Below, piece after piece: positions 1 through 7,935 of a stretch of DNA of 28,466 nt. How positions within the stretch are numbered: position 1 is the first letter of the stretch; the number at the start of each line of letters is the position of its first letter. Origin of the DNA: a virus. Lineage: Duplodnaviria > Caudoviricetes. The notes beneath the pieces are model-generated. The model made no database searches and was not told the origin of the DNA. It was given only the letters and a program-made list of their open reading frames with translations. A program made the translations under genes and the position numbers. Location: positions 1 to 28,466 of IMG/VR virus record IMGVR_UViG_3300048670_000456. One strand, written 5' to 3'.

Positions 1-653
1 CCATAAATACATTTTAAAGCTGGTTTCCAATGCTGTTGGTATATGTGTTGTGATCCAGCTGTTAAAGTTAACTCACCTAATTCTAATTTAATTTTATGCT
101 GAGATTTTAATTGTAATAAAACATACAATGAAATTTGAGAAAAATTATATACATCGTAAACCCAACCAAGCCACGCATCACTTGATCTCATTGTAGCATT
201 ACAATGCAATTTATTATTTCTAATTAAAAATTGTAAACTTAAAGTACAAGGTATGTCTTTACTCGGTCTTGGGTTTTCTCTCCAAATATTTATAATTGCT
301 TGTCTTGTGCTGTTGTCAGTAGCTAACGAAGATACAACATAAGATAATTGATCTACTACTTTAACACCATAAGCTCCAAAAAACCTAACACCGTCGTCAC
401 TAAATTGAGGTATCATTTTAGAATAAGGAGCAATTGTAGAAACTTTATTATCACCGGACAAAATCCAAGCAGCTTCTGCGTATCTAAATTTTTCTCCTAT
501 TTCTCTTTCTCTAATACAAACCATAGGATCAGACATTGAAACTCTGCTTTGGTAACCAATAAGTTCTTTAGTTTTAAAACCTCTTGGTGAAACAACTGGT
601 GCATCATTAAGAGCTTTTAATAAGTCAATCCAAGCTTTATTCGCGCTGGCCAT
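1..653 (-). CDS. Thymidylate synthase-fold enzyme, probably dCMP (hydroxy)methyltransferase; 3' end runs off the window (missed by ORF track)
   Basis: Manual translation from ATG at 653 (AAGGAG RBS) stays open to base 1: MASANKAWIDLL...SDDGVRFFGAYG...STRQAIINIW...KDIPCTLSLQFLIRNNKL...MRSSDAWLGWVYDVYNF...GSQHIY. It has the catalytic PC, RSxD and HIY motifs. Asp sits where ThyA has the dUMP-specifying Asn (LGLPFN vs LGWVYD). Confidence 0.85.
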   Translation of the reverse strand, partial: MASANKAWIDLLKALNDAPVVSPRGFKTKELIGYQSRVSMSDPMVCIREREIGEKFRYAEAAWILSGDNKVSTIAPYSKMIPQFSDDGVRFFGAYGVKVVDQLSYVVSSLATDNSTRQAIINIWRENPRPSKDIPCTLSLQFLIRNNKLHCNATMRSSDAWLGWVYDVYNFSQISLYVLLQLKSQHKIKLELGELTLTAGSQHIYQQHWKPALKCIY

Positions 654-1113
654 AGATCTCCTTTTTTATAAATTCTTCAGCACTTTGTTCTGCATAATTG
701 TAAAGAACAAAATATGGAAAAGTGTTTTTAAATAATTTGTATGCATCGTAAACTTTTGAAACATCGTCAAACTGCTCTTGCCCTTTGCCTTTTCTTTCTA
801 AGAAATTTTTAAGAACAAGATCTTTTGGAGGTAAACAAAGAATATGTTTTGTTAATACATTTTCAGTTACTCGCTTTTCCATTGTATAAATATTGTATGT
901 AGGTCCAGCTCTAAATATAGTTCCGTAAATTAATTCGCTTGGCCAGTGCCTATCAATAATTACTGTTTCTAATTTTAAAGATTCTAAATGTGGCTTATAT
1001 GCGTGAGCATAAACACCGTGATGTATATATAAATAATCAGTTAATTTTTCTTTTAGCTTTGTAGCTAAAGTAGTTTTGCCTGCACAATCAGGTCCTTCTA
1101 ATATAATTCGCAT
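637..1113 (-). CDS. Deoxynucleoside monophosphate kinase (thymidylate kinase-like P-loop)
   Basis: N-terminal IILEGPDCAGKTT Walker A and IIDRHWPSELIYG (DR motif of dNMP kinases). Overlaps the start of the TS-fold gene. Confidence 0.8.
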   Translation of the reverse strand: MRIILEGPDCAGKTTLATKLKEKLTDYLYIHHGVYAHAYKPHLESLKLETVIIDRHWPSELIYGTIFRAGPTYNIYTMEKRVTENVLTKHILCLPPKDLVLKNFLERKGKGQEQFDDVSKVYDAYKLFKNTFPYFVLYNYAEQSAEEFIKKEIYGQRE

Positions 1114-1475
1114 ATTTTTTTATTATCTAAATTTGTTATTATTTTTAGATCTCCATATTGTTGGTTAAGTTGCGTTGTAATATTTTTAAATGTAGTAAGT
1201 TGATGATGAGAAAAATTATTTTTTCCAACAATTAAAACTCCAATAGCTTCAGAATTAAATTCACAAATATCTCCGGCAAAAGAATCTATGTCTCTTCCTT
1301 TTTCTATTTCGCCATTTAATCTAATTAAATAATGGTATCTAAAACCTAAATGACCAAGCTGCCGATGTTGTTTGTCTAATAATTCTTTAGTAACATCTAA
1401 AAATTCCGGCGTGTCTGTATGTTCTACAAATATATAATTAGTCATCTTTCTTTTTTTAAGACCTACGTTTTTCAT
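1098..1475 (-). CDS. T7 gp3.5-like lysozyme/amidase homologue with degenerate Zn site
   Basis: Likely start is ATG 1475 (MKNVGLKKRKMTNYIFV), not 1592. FRYHYLIRLNGEIEKGR and NSEAIGVLIVG match T7 lysozyme (GYHFIIKRDGTVEAGR, NSIGVCLVG). Syntenic position after endonuclease I. Confidence 0.8.
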   Translation of the reverse strand: MKNVGLKKRKMTNYIFVEHTDTPEFLDVTKELLDKQHRQLGHLGFRYHYLIRLNGEIEKGRDIDSFAGDICEFNSEAIGVLIVGKNNFSHHQLTTFKNITTQLNQQYGDLKIITNLDNKKICELY

Positions 1476-1860
1476 TAATCCACTCAACTGGGATTGTTTC
1501 TTTTGCATATTTAAAATTATTTGTTTGACACCACATTGCGTAAGTAGTTTTTGAAATTTTGCTAATGCGTTGATTAGGATTTGAGAAAACAAATCTAATA
1601 TCTAAATTTGGGTGCTGCTTTTGAATAAGTAAATGTTTCTGTCTATCTTTAGTTAAAAATCTACCTTTAGCTTCAATAATAATATTGTTTGGTAATATAA
1701 AATCTGGTGTGTAACGAGTTTCTTTTTGAGGTTTTGTAAATCTAATTATTAATGTTTCATATTTGTAGTTAACACCTAGCGAGTTTAATTGACTCGCTAA
1801 GCGTTCTTCTAAACCACTTCTAAACGAAATCTTCGTTTGTTTCTTCTGTTGGTTTGTCAT
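1456..1860 (-). CDS. Endonuclease I / Holliday junction resolvase (T7 gp3-like)
   Basis: FRSGLEE, YTPDFILPN, IIIEAKGRF, DRQKHLLI, LDIRFVF and TTYAMWC motifs. Confidence 0.95.
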   Translation of the reverse strand: MTNQQKKQTKISFRSGLEERLASQLNSLGVNYKYETLIIRFTKPQKETRYTPDFILPNNIIIEAKGRFLTKDRQKHLLIQKQHPNLDIRFVFSNPNQRISKISKTTYAMWCQTNNFKYAKETIPVEWINEKRRS

Positions 1861-2410
1861 TTGTTGTTGTGATTGTTTCTTGAGCTATATGTTCGTAGCC
1901 AGCTTCTTCTTTGAAACCTAAAGAATCCATGCTTGGCATAGGCTTATTCTGAAGTTTTAAAACCTGTACTCCTACAAGTCTTAATGACACTCCAGCTCCA
2001 TTTGTAGGTACGAAATAAGGAATTAAATCAGCAGATACTTTGACTTCACTACCGCCATATATATCTGTTTCAACTATTGGTTTTCCTTTTGCGTCAACAA
2101 CAATTGGTCTTACTTCGTTGTTTCCTATTTTAGCTTTGCTTTTTATTTTAAATAAAACTTTGTTGCCTTCCATTTCGACGTAAGGCTTGTCTGCAAGTTT
2201 TATATCTTTTTTCTTTTTTTCTTGTCTAACAGCGTCTGCATTAGCAGCAAAAACTTTATCGATTGCTTCAATTAATTTTGTTGCATCAGATTTATCGACA
2301 AGAATATTACAACTGTACAATCCATCTGGATTAAACTTTGTATCTGGTTGTTTTAACCAAGGATATGAAGCTTGTCCTTTTGGAGTTGTAACTCGAGTAT
2401 ATTTACCCAT
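1820..2410 (-). CDS. ssb: Single-stranded DNA-binding protein (T7 gp2.5-like)
   Basis: TTPKG...YPWL..PDTKF, IYGGSEVKV and GVSLRLVGVQV motifs, acidic C-terminal tail ending EETNEDFV. Lies between RNAP and endonuclease I. Confidence 0.9.
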   Translation of the reverse strand: MGKYTRVTTPKGQASYPWLKQPDTKFNPDGLYSCNILVDKSDATKLIEAIDKVFAANADAVRQEKKKKDIKLADKPYVEMEGNKVLFKIKSKAKIGNNEVRPIVVDAKGKPIVETDIYGGSEVKVSADLIPYFVPTNGAGVSLRLVGVQVLKLQNKPMPSMDSLGFKEEAGYEHIAQETITTTNDKPTEETNEDFV

Positions 2411-2437
2411 GTTTTCTCCTATAGTTATATTCTATAT

Positions 2438-2460
2438 GTGTAACTAATTCACTAGTGTAT
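2438..2460. promoter_or_regulatory. Conserved operator/promoter motif copy, upstream of ssb
   Basis: GTGTAACTAATTCACTAGTGTAT contains the 14-bp palindrome ATWCAYNNRTGWAT that recurs at 4911, 4975, 7936, 9164, 9771 and partly at 10499. Confidence 0.65.
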
Positions 2461-2464
2461 AGCA

Positions 2465-4897
2465 TTAGTGGAAAAAATAGGTTGCTGAATTGATTTCCTC
2501 TATATCTAAGTTGCCCTTATTAGGTAGTTCAGGCAATTTAGCTTTAAGTTTATCAGGCAACAGACCTAATATTTGGTCCCTAAAATCCGCTAGTGGATCC
2601 ATTTCAGTGTACAATTGTATAAAAGCAGCTCTGGTACATTTATTTAAAGTGTCCATATCACAAGCTAAAGTTGCATATGAATCGTGGACCATACCAAAAT
2701 CTTTAATCCCATGAGCTAAGCAATGATCTATTGTAAGATACATAGCAGTCGCGTCTAACGAATGAACAAAATTAGGTGAGATACCATTACATTGTTTTCG
2801 TTTATTTATTTTATCTGTATGAGATTTAATTCTAATTCTACCCATCATCTTTGTTTTTACGACCATATCTTTTTGATCATAATAAGCTTGAGTAACTGGA
2901 AAACCTAATGGAGTTGTCCAGTGAACTGGTGACGATAATGAAGCACAAAGTCTTGCAGCTTTTTGTAACCAGCTCATAGCTTCTCTTGCTTTAATTACTG
3001 TAGTACCAATTGAATCCCAAATTGTATGAGCTAATAATAAGTTAGCTGCAGTTCTGTTTTTAAATCGTATAACATCACCTTTTTCTTCACGTTCTTCTAC
3101 GTATTCGTCAACAAATTCAACGCAAGAAAATCTTGTTCCACCATACGGTAAAACCATAACTGATCTTTTAGTTGCTTTACGATCTATTCCTAGGTCCAAC
3201 CATTCTTTAGCAACAGGATTGTCAGATGCTTTAAGTTTTTTAATTACTTTATCACAAACTATTTGATAAATATCTTGAGGTTGTTTTGTATTTGTTAAGT
3301 TAACTGCAACTCCACCTACTTCATCTCTTAGCATAGCACTAAAATGTTGAAGACCATTACAACTACCGTCAATATTAATAGGTAAACTAGATTCAAACGA
3401 TCTACCATTTTTAATAAACTTCTCAAATTCAAAACAAGCAGCTAAAAATTGCCAAGGCTTATCTGCTAATTCCCAAAATGGAGTATTAAAAGGTTCATTA
3501 CTACATTTAATAATAGCTTCTTTGTTTTTATGGACCCAATCTATTCTTTGTTCTAAAGATAATTTGTCTTGTCCATATGTATTAGCTAAATGTAAACAAA
3601 GATATTTTTCGCCTACTTCTCCTAATGGTTTTTTATTTTTAAACAACAATAAAGATTTAGCAATATCAGTTCCTTGTGGATTCAAATAAGCTGGAACATA
3701 ATATAATCTTTTTCTAAAATCTGTTTGGCAGGGAAATGCAAATGAATCTTCTTTAAATTTATCTGCTAGCCATAATATTTTAGCTGTTGCTAATCTTTTA
3801 GAAGATAATTTTTTATTTAAAGTATAGACACTAGTTGCATGAGCTTTCCAAGCTTGCAATGATTGTTTATTACTATCAATATCAATTGGTTTGTTTGGTA
3901 ATTCTAATAATTTAGAAACTACTAAACCGCCTCTGTTTCTGTCATCGTTATTAAACACTGTTTTAGCTACCATTAGAACTTCATTATTAGTTTTCCACAT
4001 AGTATCTTGAACAGCGTTAATGCCTTGATAAACGCCGGGCATTTCATAGTTACTTAATTGTTTTAAATAGGTCCTGTGCGAAGTGATATTATGACCAGTA
4101 ACTAAAAATAAAGGTTTAATGTGATGAGATATATATCCACCACCCATACCATTTTTCCATTTTCTAGGTTTAACAAGCATTGGAAAATATTCAGGATTTA
4201 AAAATTCATTAAATTCTTTTACTGAATTAATCCAAGTTAAAGTTTTTTCTGTTGGAGCTAAGACAAAATAAGATCTTTTATTTAGAGATCTTTTAATTAC
4301 TTTCTCAATTTTGCACAAATTAGTTGCGTGAATAAATATGCTAATTAGCTTTTCGCCTACTAGCAGCTTGTCTCTTGTGGACCATTTTTCCCAAGCAAAA
4401 TTTTGTTTTTTGCTATTAACTAATTGTTTCCAACGTCTATATTCGTAATGACCACTGCGTTGGTTTAAATCTTGGTGTATTTTATCAAATAAAAAATTAT
4501 GAGTTTCGCAGAATTTTCTAAAATAACACTCATCTTCTATTTTACCACCTAAAGAAATAGCTGATGCTGTAAATTTTCTAACAGATGTAATTCCGTCTAT
4601 AATTTTTTTGGCTGCTAATACAGCTAACGTTGTAGTATCTAATATAGACAAGTATTTACTTGCTACATATTTTGGTCCTCGGTTTATATCTTTAAGAAAT
4701 AACTCAAGCTCTCTTTCATAGTTTGAAATACAGGTTTTAAGTAGTTTCTTGCCGTGTATTGTTAATGATTCATTTTCTTTTTGAGTAACTTTATCAGTCT
4801 TTTTGCGTTCTCTATCGCCACCTCGCTGTCTCATTTCAGCTTCTAGTTTAATCTGTCTATCGATTAATTCTTTTGTGGCACTGTATCTTGACACCAT
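2465..4897 (-). CDS. Single-subunit phage DNA-directed RNA polymerase (T7 gp1-like)
   Basis: Motif A DGSCNGLQH, motif B RKATKRSVMVLPYG, SPNFVHSLDA, motif C VHDSY and C-terminal YFFH; 810 aa. Confidence 0.98.
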   Translation of the reverse strand: MVSRYSATKELIDRQIKLEAEMRQRGGDRERKKTDKVTQKENESLTIHGKKLLKTCISNYERELELFLKDINRGPKYVASKYLSILDTTTLAVLAAKKIIDGITSVRKFTASAISLGGKIEDECYFRKFCETHNFLFDKIHQDLNQRSGHYEYRRWKQLVNSKKQNFAWEKWSTRDKLLVGEKLISIFIHATNLCKIEKVIKRSLNKRSYFVLAPTEKTLTWINSVKEFNEFLNPEYFPMLVKPRKWKNGMGGGYISHHIKPLFLVTGHNITSHRTYLKQLSNYEMPGVYQGINAVQDTMWKTNNEVLMVAKTVFNNDDRNRGGLVVSKLLELPNKPIDIDSNKQSLQAWKAHATSVYTLNKKLSSKRLATAKILWLADKFKEDSFAFPCQTDFRKRLYYVPAYLNPQGTDIAKSLLLFKNKKPLGEVGEKYLCLHLANTYGQDKLSLEQRIDWVHKNKEAIIKCSNEPFNTPFWELADKPWQFLAACFEFEKFIKNGRSFESSLPINIDGSCNGLQHFSAMLRDEVGGVAVNLTNTKQPQDIYQIVCDKVIKKLKASDNPVAKEWLDLGIDRKATKRSVMVLPYGGTRFSCVEFVDEYVEEREEKGDVIRFKNRTAANLLLAHTIWDSIGTTVIKAREAMSWLQKAARLCASLSSPVHWTTPLGFPVTQAYYDQKDMVVKTKMMGRIRIKSHTDKINKRKQCNGISPNFVHSLDATAMYLTIDHCLAHGIKDFGMVHDSYATLACDMDTLNKCTRAAFIQLYTEMDPLADFRDQILGLLPDKLKAKLPELPNKGNLDIEEINSATYFFH

Positions 4898-5100
4898 TTA
4901 TAATCTCCAAGTGAATTGAATTCACTAGTGAATATAAGATCTATTTAGTCTAAGCAGTGTAATAGCTAACTGCTATACACACATGCATTAGTCCTTTTTA
5001 CAGATTTTAAGTCCCTAGTAATTCCAATTTGTTAGCATCTACAACAAATAAATGCATGTTAATTATTGTTTACTGCCAATTTGACACCGTCTAGGACACA
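4876..5100. mobile_element. Putative attP, core about 5003-5016 matching a tRNA-Leu(UAA) anticodon loop
   Basis: Immediately downstream of the integrase. Minus strand reads AGGGACTTAAAATC, and GACTTAAAATC is identical to 6136-6146 of the phage tRNA. Direct repeat TTGACACC at 4888-4895 and 5081-5088, with related TGGCAC (4876) and GGACAC (5094), resembles arm-type sites. Inverted repeat ACATGCATT/AATGCATGT at 4981 and 5051. Confidence 0.65.
4911..4933. promoter_or_regulatory. Conserved operator/promoter motif copy abutting the RNAP RBS
   Basis: GTGAATTGAATTCACTAGTGAAT with perfect palindrome ATTCACTAGTGAAT (4920-4933), directly 5' of GGAG and the RNAP ATG. Confidence 0.65.
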
Positions 5101-6078
5101 ACTTTCTAATGCCAGTTTCGCATCATGAAAATTATTAGGAGCCAAATGAGCATAACGTAACGTCATCTTGATTGTCTTGTGGCCTAACCATTCTTTTACA
5201 ACGGTTATTCCAACCCCTCTTTGAATCAATCGTGATGCGCATGTGTGTCTTGTCATGTGAAAAGTAAATTGTTTGTCGTGTTCATAACCCATTCTAATTT
5301 TCCCATAATTCCAAGTCTTTCTAAGATATTCATCACTAACTAAAGCAAATGGAGTATTACCCCACTTTTTAAGTATTTTTAAAGCTCGTTCAGTCAGTGG
5401 TATAGTTCTTAATAGTTTATTTTTATTAGCTAAAACTGTCAATTTACCTTTATCAACATCTCGATTGGCATCAATATTTTTAGCTTCACTTTTTCTAAGA
5501 CCAGTGTCATTACAAAAATAAGTCATATCAGCCATTATATCTGCTTGATTGCTATATAAGTAATTACAAAACGATATATCTTCGCCATCTTTAAAATACC
5601 TAATTCTTCCAGCACTTTCCATAAACCATTCAAATTGAGGTTTAGATTTAATGTAATGTCTTTTATGAGCCCAACTTAAGATCTTGCTAAGAGCAGCTAA
5701 TTTTCTATTGCATGTCGCAGGACTATTTCCTTTTTCTTGCCAGCTTTCTACAAGTTCATCAACAACATCTTCATCTACTTGATTGATTCTTTTTTCAGTA
5801 CCAAGCTGCAATATAATATTTTCAGCAGTTCGTTGTGAATGTCTATCAGTGTATTTGTTTTTCATACGTGCATAAATTGCACCAATGGATAGATTATGAC
5901 GTGAAACATCAATTTCTTTTAATACGACATTAATGTCTTTTCCTTCAGATAAACCTTTTTTGATTTGAGCTTCTGCTAACATTGCCTCGTCTTTACTACC
6001 ATTAAATTGAGGTCTGTATCTTGTTTTATTGTGAGTAATATCTAGTTGAAAACCTTTGTGTCTTTGTTTAATTGTCAT
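5059..6078 (-). CDS. int: Tyrosine recombinase / phage integrase
   Basis: Catalytic set present: TGLRKSE (R), FHMTRHT (HxxR), WLGH and TLRYAH (Y). SPATCNRKLAALSKIL in the core-binding domain. Confidence 0.95.
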   Translation of the reverse strand: MTIKQRHKGFQLDITHNKTRYRPQFNGSKDEAMLAEAQIKKGLSEGKDINVVLKEIDVSRHNLSIGAIYARMKNKYTDRHSQRTAENIILQLGTEKRINQVDEDVVDELVESWQEKGNSPATCNRKLAALSKILSWAHKRHYIKSKPQFEWFMESAGRIRYFKDGEDISFCNYLYSNQADIMADMTYFCNDTGLRKSEAKNIDANRDVDKGKLTVLANKNKLLRTIPLTERALKILKKWGNTPFALVSDEYLRKTWNYGKIRMGYEHDKQFTFHMTRHTCASRLIQRGVGITVVKEWLGHKTIKMTLRYAHLAPNNFHDAKLALESCVLDGVKLAVNNN

Positions 6079-6105
6079 ATATATAAACCTTCATAATTTT
6101 AGTTT

Positions 6106-6192
6106 GGCCTCATGCTGAAATTGGTAGACAGACACGACTTAAAATCGTGAGGACTCACGTCCGTCCCGGTTCAAGTCCGGGTGAGGCCACCA
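6106..6192 (+). tRNA. trnL: tRNA-Leu, anticodon UAA, full length with encoded CCA
   Basis: Acceptor GGCCTCA/TGAGGCC plus A and CCA; D loop AATTGGTAGA; anticodon arm CACGA-CTTAAAA-TCGTG; long variable arm GGAC..GTCC; T arm CCCGG-TTCAAGT-CCGGG. Confidence 0.95.
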
Positions 6193-6193
6193 A

Positions 6194-6550
6194 TTAATTT
6201 CCTATCCAAATATTTTCTAAATCTTTATAAAAAGATTTTCCTTTCGGAGTTAAAGAAACTATTTTTCTTCTTCTTTCTTCAGGATCTTCTTTAGTAATTA
6301 AAAACCCTGGACCTTTTTTTCTTTTTCTATTTGTATCTAAAAACGCCGAAACGTTTCTACTGCAGCTAGCTTGACTAATTCCTAAACGCTCTGAAAGCTC
6401 AGTCATCTGAAATGAATTTTTTACGTCCATTGCTACAACTAAAAACGTTTGAATAGTTTGAGCTTGCATCTCTGAATCTATTTTTCTAAATTCTTTAATA
6501 AATTCAAACATTGTTTTTGCAGGCACTTTGTGCGTCAGTTCCTTCATCAT
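6194..6550 (-). CDS. MarR-like winged-helix transcriptional regulator (candidate repressor)
   Basis: HTH MTELSERLGISQASCSRNV and wing EDPEERRRKIVSLTPKG typical of MarR family; adjacent to the integrase. Confidence 0.85.
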   Translation of the reverse strand: MMKELTHKVPAKTMFEFIKEFRKIDSEMQAQTIQTFLVVAMDVKNSFQMTELSERLGISQASCSRNVSAFLDTNRKRKKGPGFLITKEDPEERRRKIVSLTPKGKSFYKDLENIWIGN

Positions 6551-6571
6551 TTATTTTTTTTCCTTTTTTAG

Positions 6572-7072
6572 TTAACCAAAATTAATAACATTTTTGGCAG
6601 TTATAGTTGCCTCTTCTAAAAAAGATATGTCCCTTAAAATGTCAAGCTGGTATTTTGTAACATACCCGCTAATACTTAAAGATGTTTCATACCCTTTTAA
6701 AGATACTAATGAAGGAAAATTAATAATAGCAAAAGTATGAAACTTGCTATTAACTAAATAACTTTTTCTTAAAATATAAGTTCCTTTAAAAGATTTAACC
6801 AGCTTTTGAAAGTCAGATAAAGCAGTTGGTTTTTCGTTTAAAGTTAATTTATGTAAATAATCAGTAGTAAACTGAACAGATACTAAACATTCGACACTCA
6901 TATCACCTCCATCATCATTGTTAGGGTTAGTATTAGATTCATTCTGTAATGTAAACGATACATTGCCTGAACCTGTTTCACTTGTGCATAAGTAACAGTT
7001 TTGAATATCACCTTTAGAATTTGTAAAATAATCATTGCCATTACATACAGCACAAATTTTTTCAATTATCAT
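6572..7072 (-). CDS. Hypothetical protein: N-terminal CxxC..CxxC zinc ribbon, linker, C-terminal alpha/beta domain
   Basis: CAVC and CYLC pairs. Internal in-frame ATG at 6901 preceded by GGAGGTG. Confidence 0.6.
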   Translation of the reverse strand: MIIEKICAVCNGNDYFTNSKGDIQNCYLCTSETGSGNVSFTLQNESNTNPNNDDGGDMSVECLVSVQFTTDYLHKLTLNEKPTALSDFQKLVKSFKGTYILRKSYLVNSKFHTFAIINFPSLVSLKGYETSLSISGYVTKYQLDILRDISFLEEATITAKNVINFG

Positions 7073-7172
7073 AAGCTACTCCTAATAAATTAACAAAGTA
7101 AGCACAAAAATTAGGTATAAATTTAGTACTAATATTACTTAAAATAAGTGGCTCTAAATTTAGATAAATCAT
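7062..7172 (-). CDS. Possible 36-aa hypothetical protein
   Basis: MIYLNLEPLILSNISTKFIPNFCAYFVNLLGVAYDN fills the gap between neighbours; no recognisable motif. Confidence 0.3.
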   Translation of the reverse strand: MIYLNLEPLILSNISTKFIPNFCAYFVNLLGVAYDN

Positions 7173-7182
7173 ATTATCTAAC

Positions 7183-7389
7183 CTACCCTCTTCTTATTTT
7201 ATGTTTAATATTTTCTAAGCTATTAGTTCCTTTAGAAAGGAAATAATTTCGATTTATATGATCGTTAAAATCATCTACATAAGTTCTTTGTGGATATTTT
7301 TTTTCATTAATCATGGTCCAAATACACACAACTAAAAAACCAAAAGATATAATCCCCAGACCAATTAAAAACTCCATTAGTGTTTCCAT
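7183..7389 (-). CDS. Small membrane protein, hypothetical
   Basis: N-terminal hydrophobic helix; AAGGAG RBS. Confidence 0.6.
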   Translation of the reverse strand: METLMEFLIGLGIISFGFLVVCIWTMINEKKYPQRTYVDDFNDHINRNYFLSKGTNSLENIKHKIRRG

Positions 7390-7649
7390 ATTATTTGCTC
7401 CTTTAAAATTGGTGCTATTGTGTTCAAGAGAAGCGAAAGACCCACGTAAAGGGAGAGCGTTAAAGTCTCTCGCTTCCTTGTCTTACACATCGCACACTTA
7501 GTTACGTTTTTAATGCAATCGCTTAAATGCTCATTTAAAAATGTAGCACGTCCACCACATTTGCTGCTACGCGTACGCTTTATGCTTTTTGCCATAGCTT
7601 TATCAATCGCGATTGCTTGTGGACTTTTATTGATAAACTCTAAATTCAT
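7377..7649 (-). CDS. Hypothetical early protein (basic, Cys-containing, hydrophobic C-terminus)
   Basis: ORF packed between neighbours. Start at 7649 chosen because it abuts the upstream stop at 7651. Confidence 0.45.
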   Translation of the reverse strand: MNLEFINKSPQAIAIDKAMAKSIKRTRSSKCGGRATFLNEHLSDCIKNVTKCAMCKTRKRETLTLSLYVGLSLLLNTIAPILKEQIIWKH

Positions 7650-7650
7650 T

Positions 7651-7842
7651 TTAATTAATTGTTTCAGGAACATTTCCGTCCCATTTATTTAAAAAATTAC
7701 TTAACCAATCGACATGATGATCTACGCAAGATCCATTTATCGAGCACTCAAGCTCATCTGTAAGTCTTTCGTAAAGCTTATAAGGATCAATTGTTGGAAG
7801 ATTCCAATAGCTGCAATAGTTTACAAAAGTTTTATAAGTCAT
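7651..7842 (-). CDS. Hypothetical early protein
   Basis: Start MTYKTF at 7842 has a GGAG RBS and an ATGA overlap with the upstream small ORF. Confidence 0.6.
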   Translation of the reverse strand: MTYKTFVNYCSYWNLPTIDPYKLYERLTDELECSINGSCVDHHVDWLSNFLNKWDGNVPETIN

Positions 7843-7934
7843 TTTATTTTTCTCCATAACATTTTGCATTTTCCGTTTACAAAATAATAACCAGTAAGCT
7901 CATAACCTTTTCTTTTAAATTTTTTCTTTTTCAT
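7839..7934 (-). CDS. 31-aa basic peptide (below ORF-track cutoff)
   Basis: MKKKKFKRKGYELTGYYFVNGKCKMLWRKIK. Its stop overlaps the next start, and it begins right after the operator motif. Confidence 0.5.
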   Translation of the reverse strand: MKKKKFKRKGYELTGYYFVNGKCKMLWRKIK

Positions 7935-7935
7935 A

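Noticed and set aside
348-539. Plus-strand 63-aa ORF
   Set aside because: Antisense shadow of the TS-fold gene (653 to edge), which has clear family motifs.
1-653. Ordinary thyA auxiliary gene
   Set aside because: The specificity residue is Asp rather than Asn and a dedicated kinase is coupled; not fully excluded without an assay.
1476-1592. N-terminal 39 codons of the 164-aa ORF call
   Set aside because: Overlaps endonuclease I heavily; similarity to T7 lysozyme begins at ATG 1475.
2187-2714. Plus-strand ORFs 2187-2447 and 2490-2714
   Set aside because: Antisense to ssb and RNAP; no RBS or motifs.
6106-6192. tRNA as a host gene marking a prophage boundary
   Set aside because: Phage genes continue on both sides with no host genes, so it is phage-borne.
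7313-7501. Plus-strand 62-aa ORF
   Set aside because: Antisense to packed minus-strand early genes.
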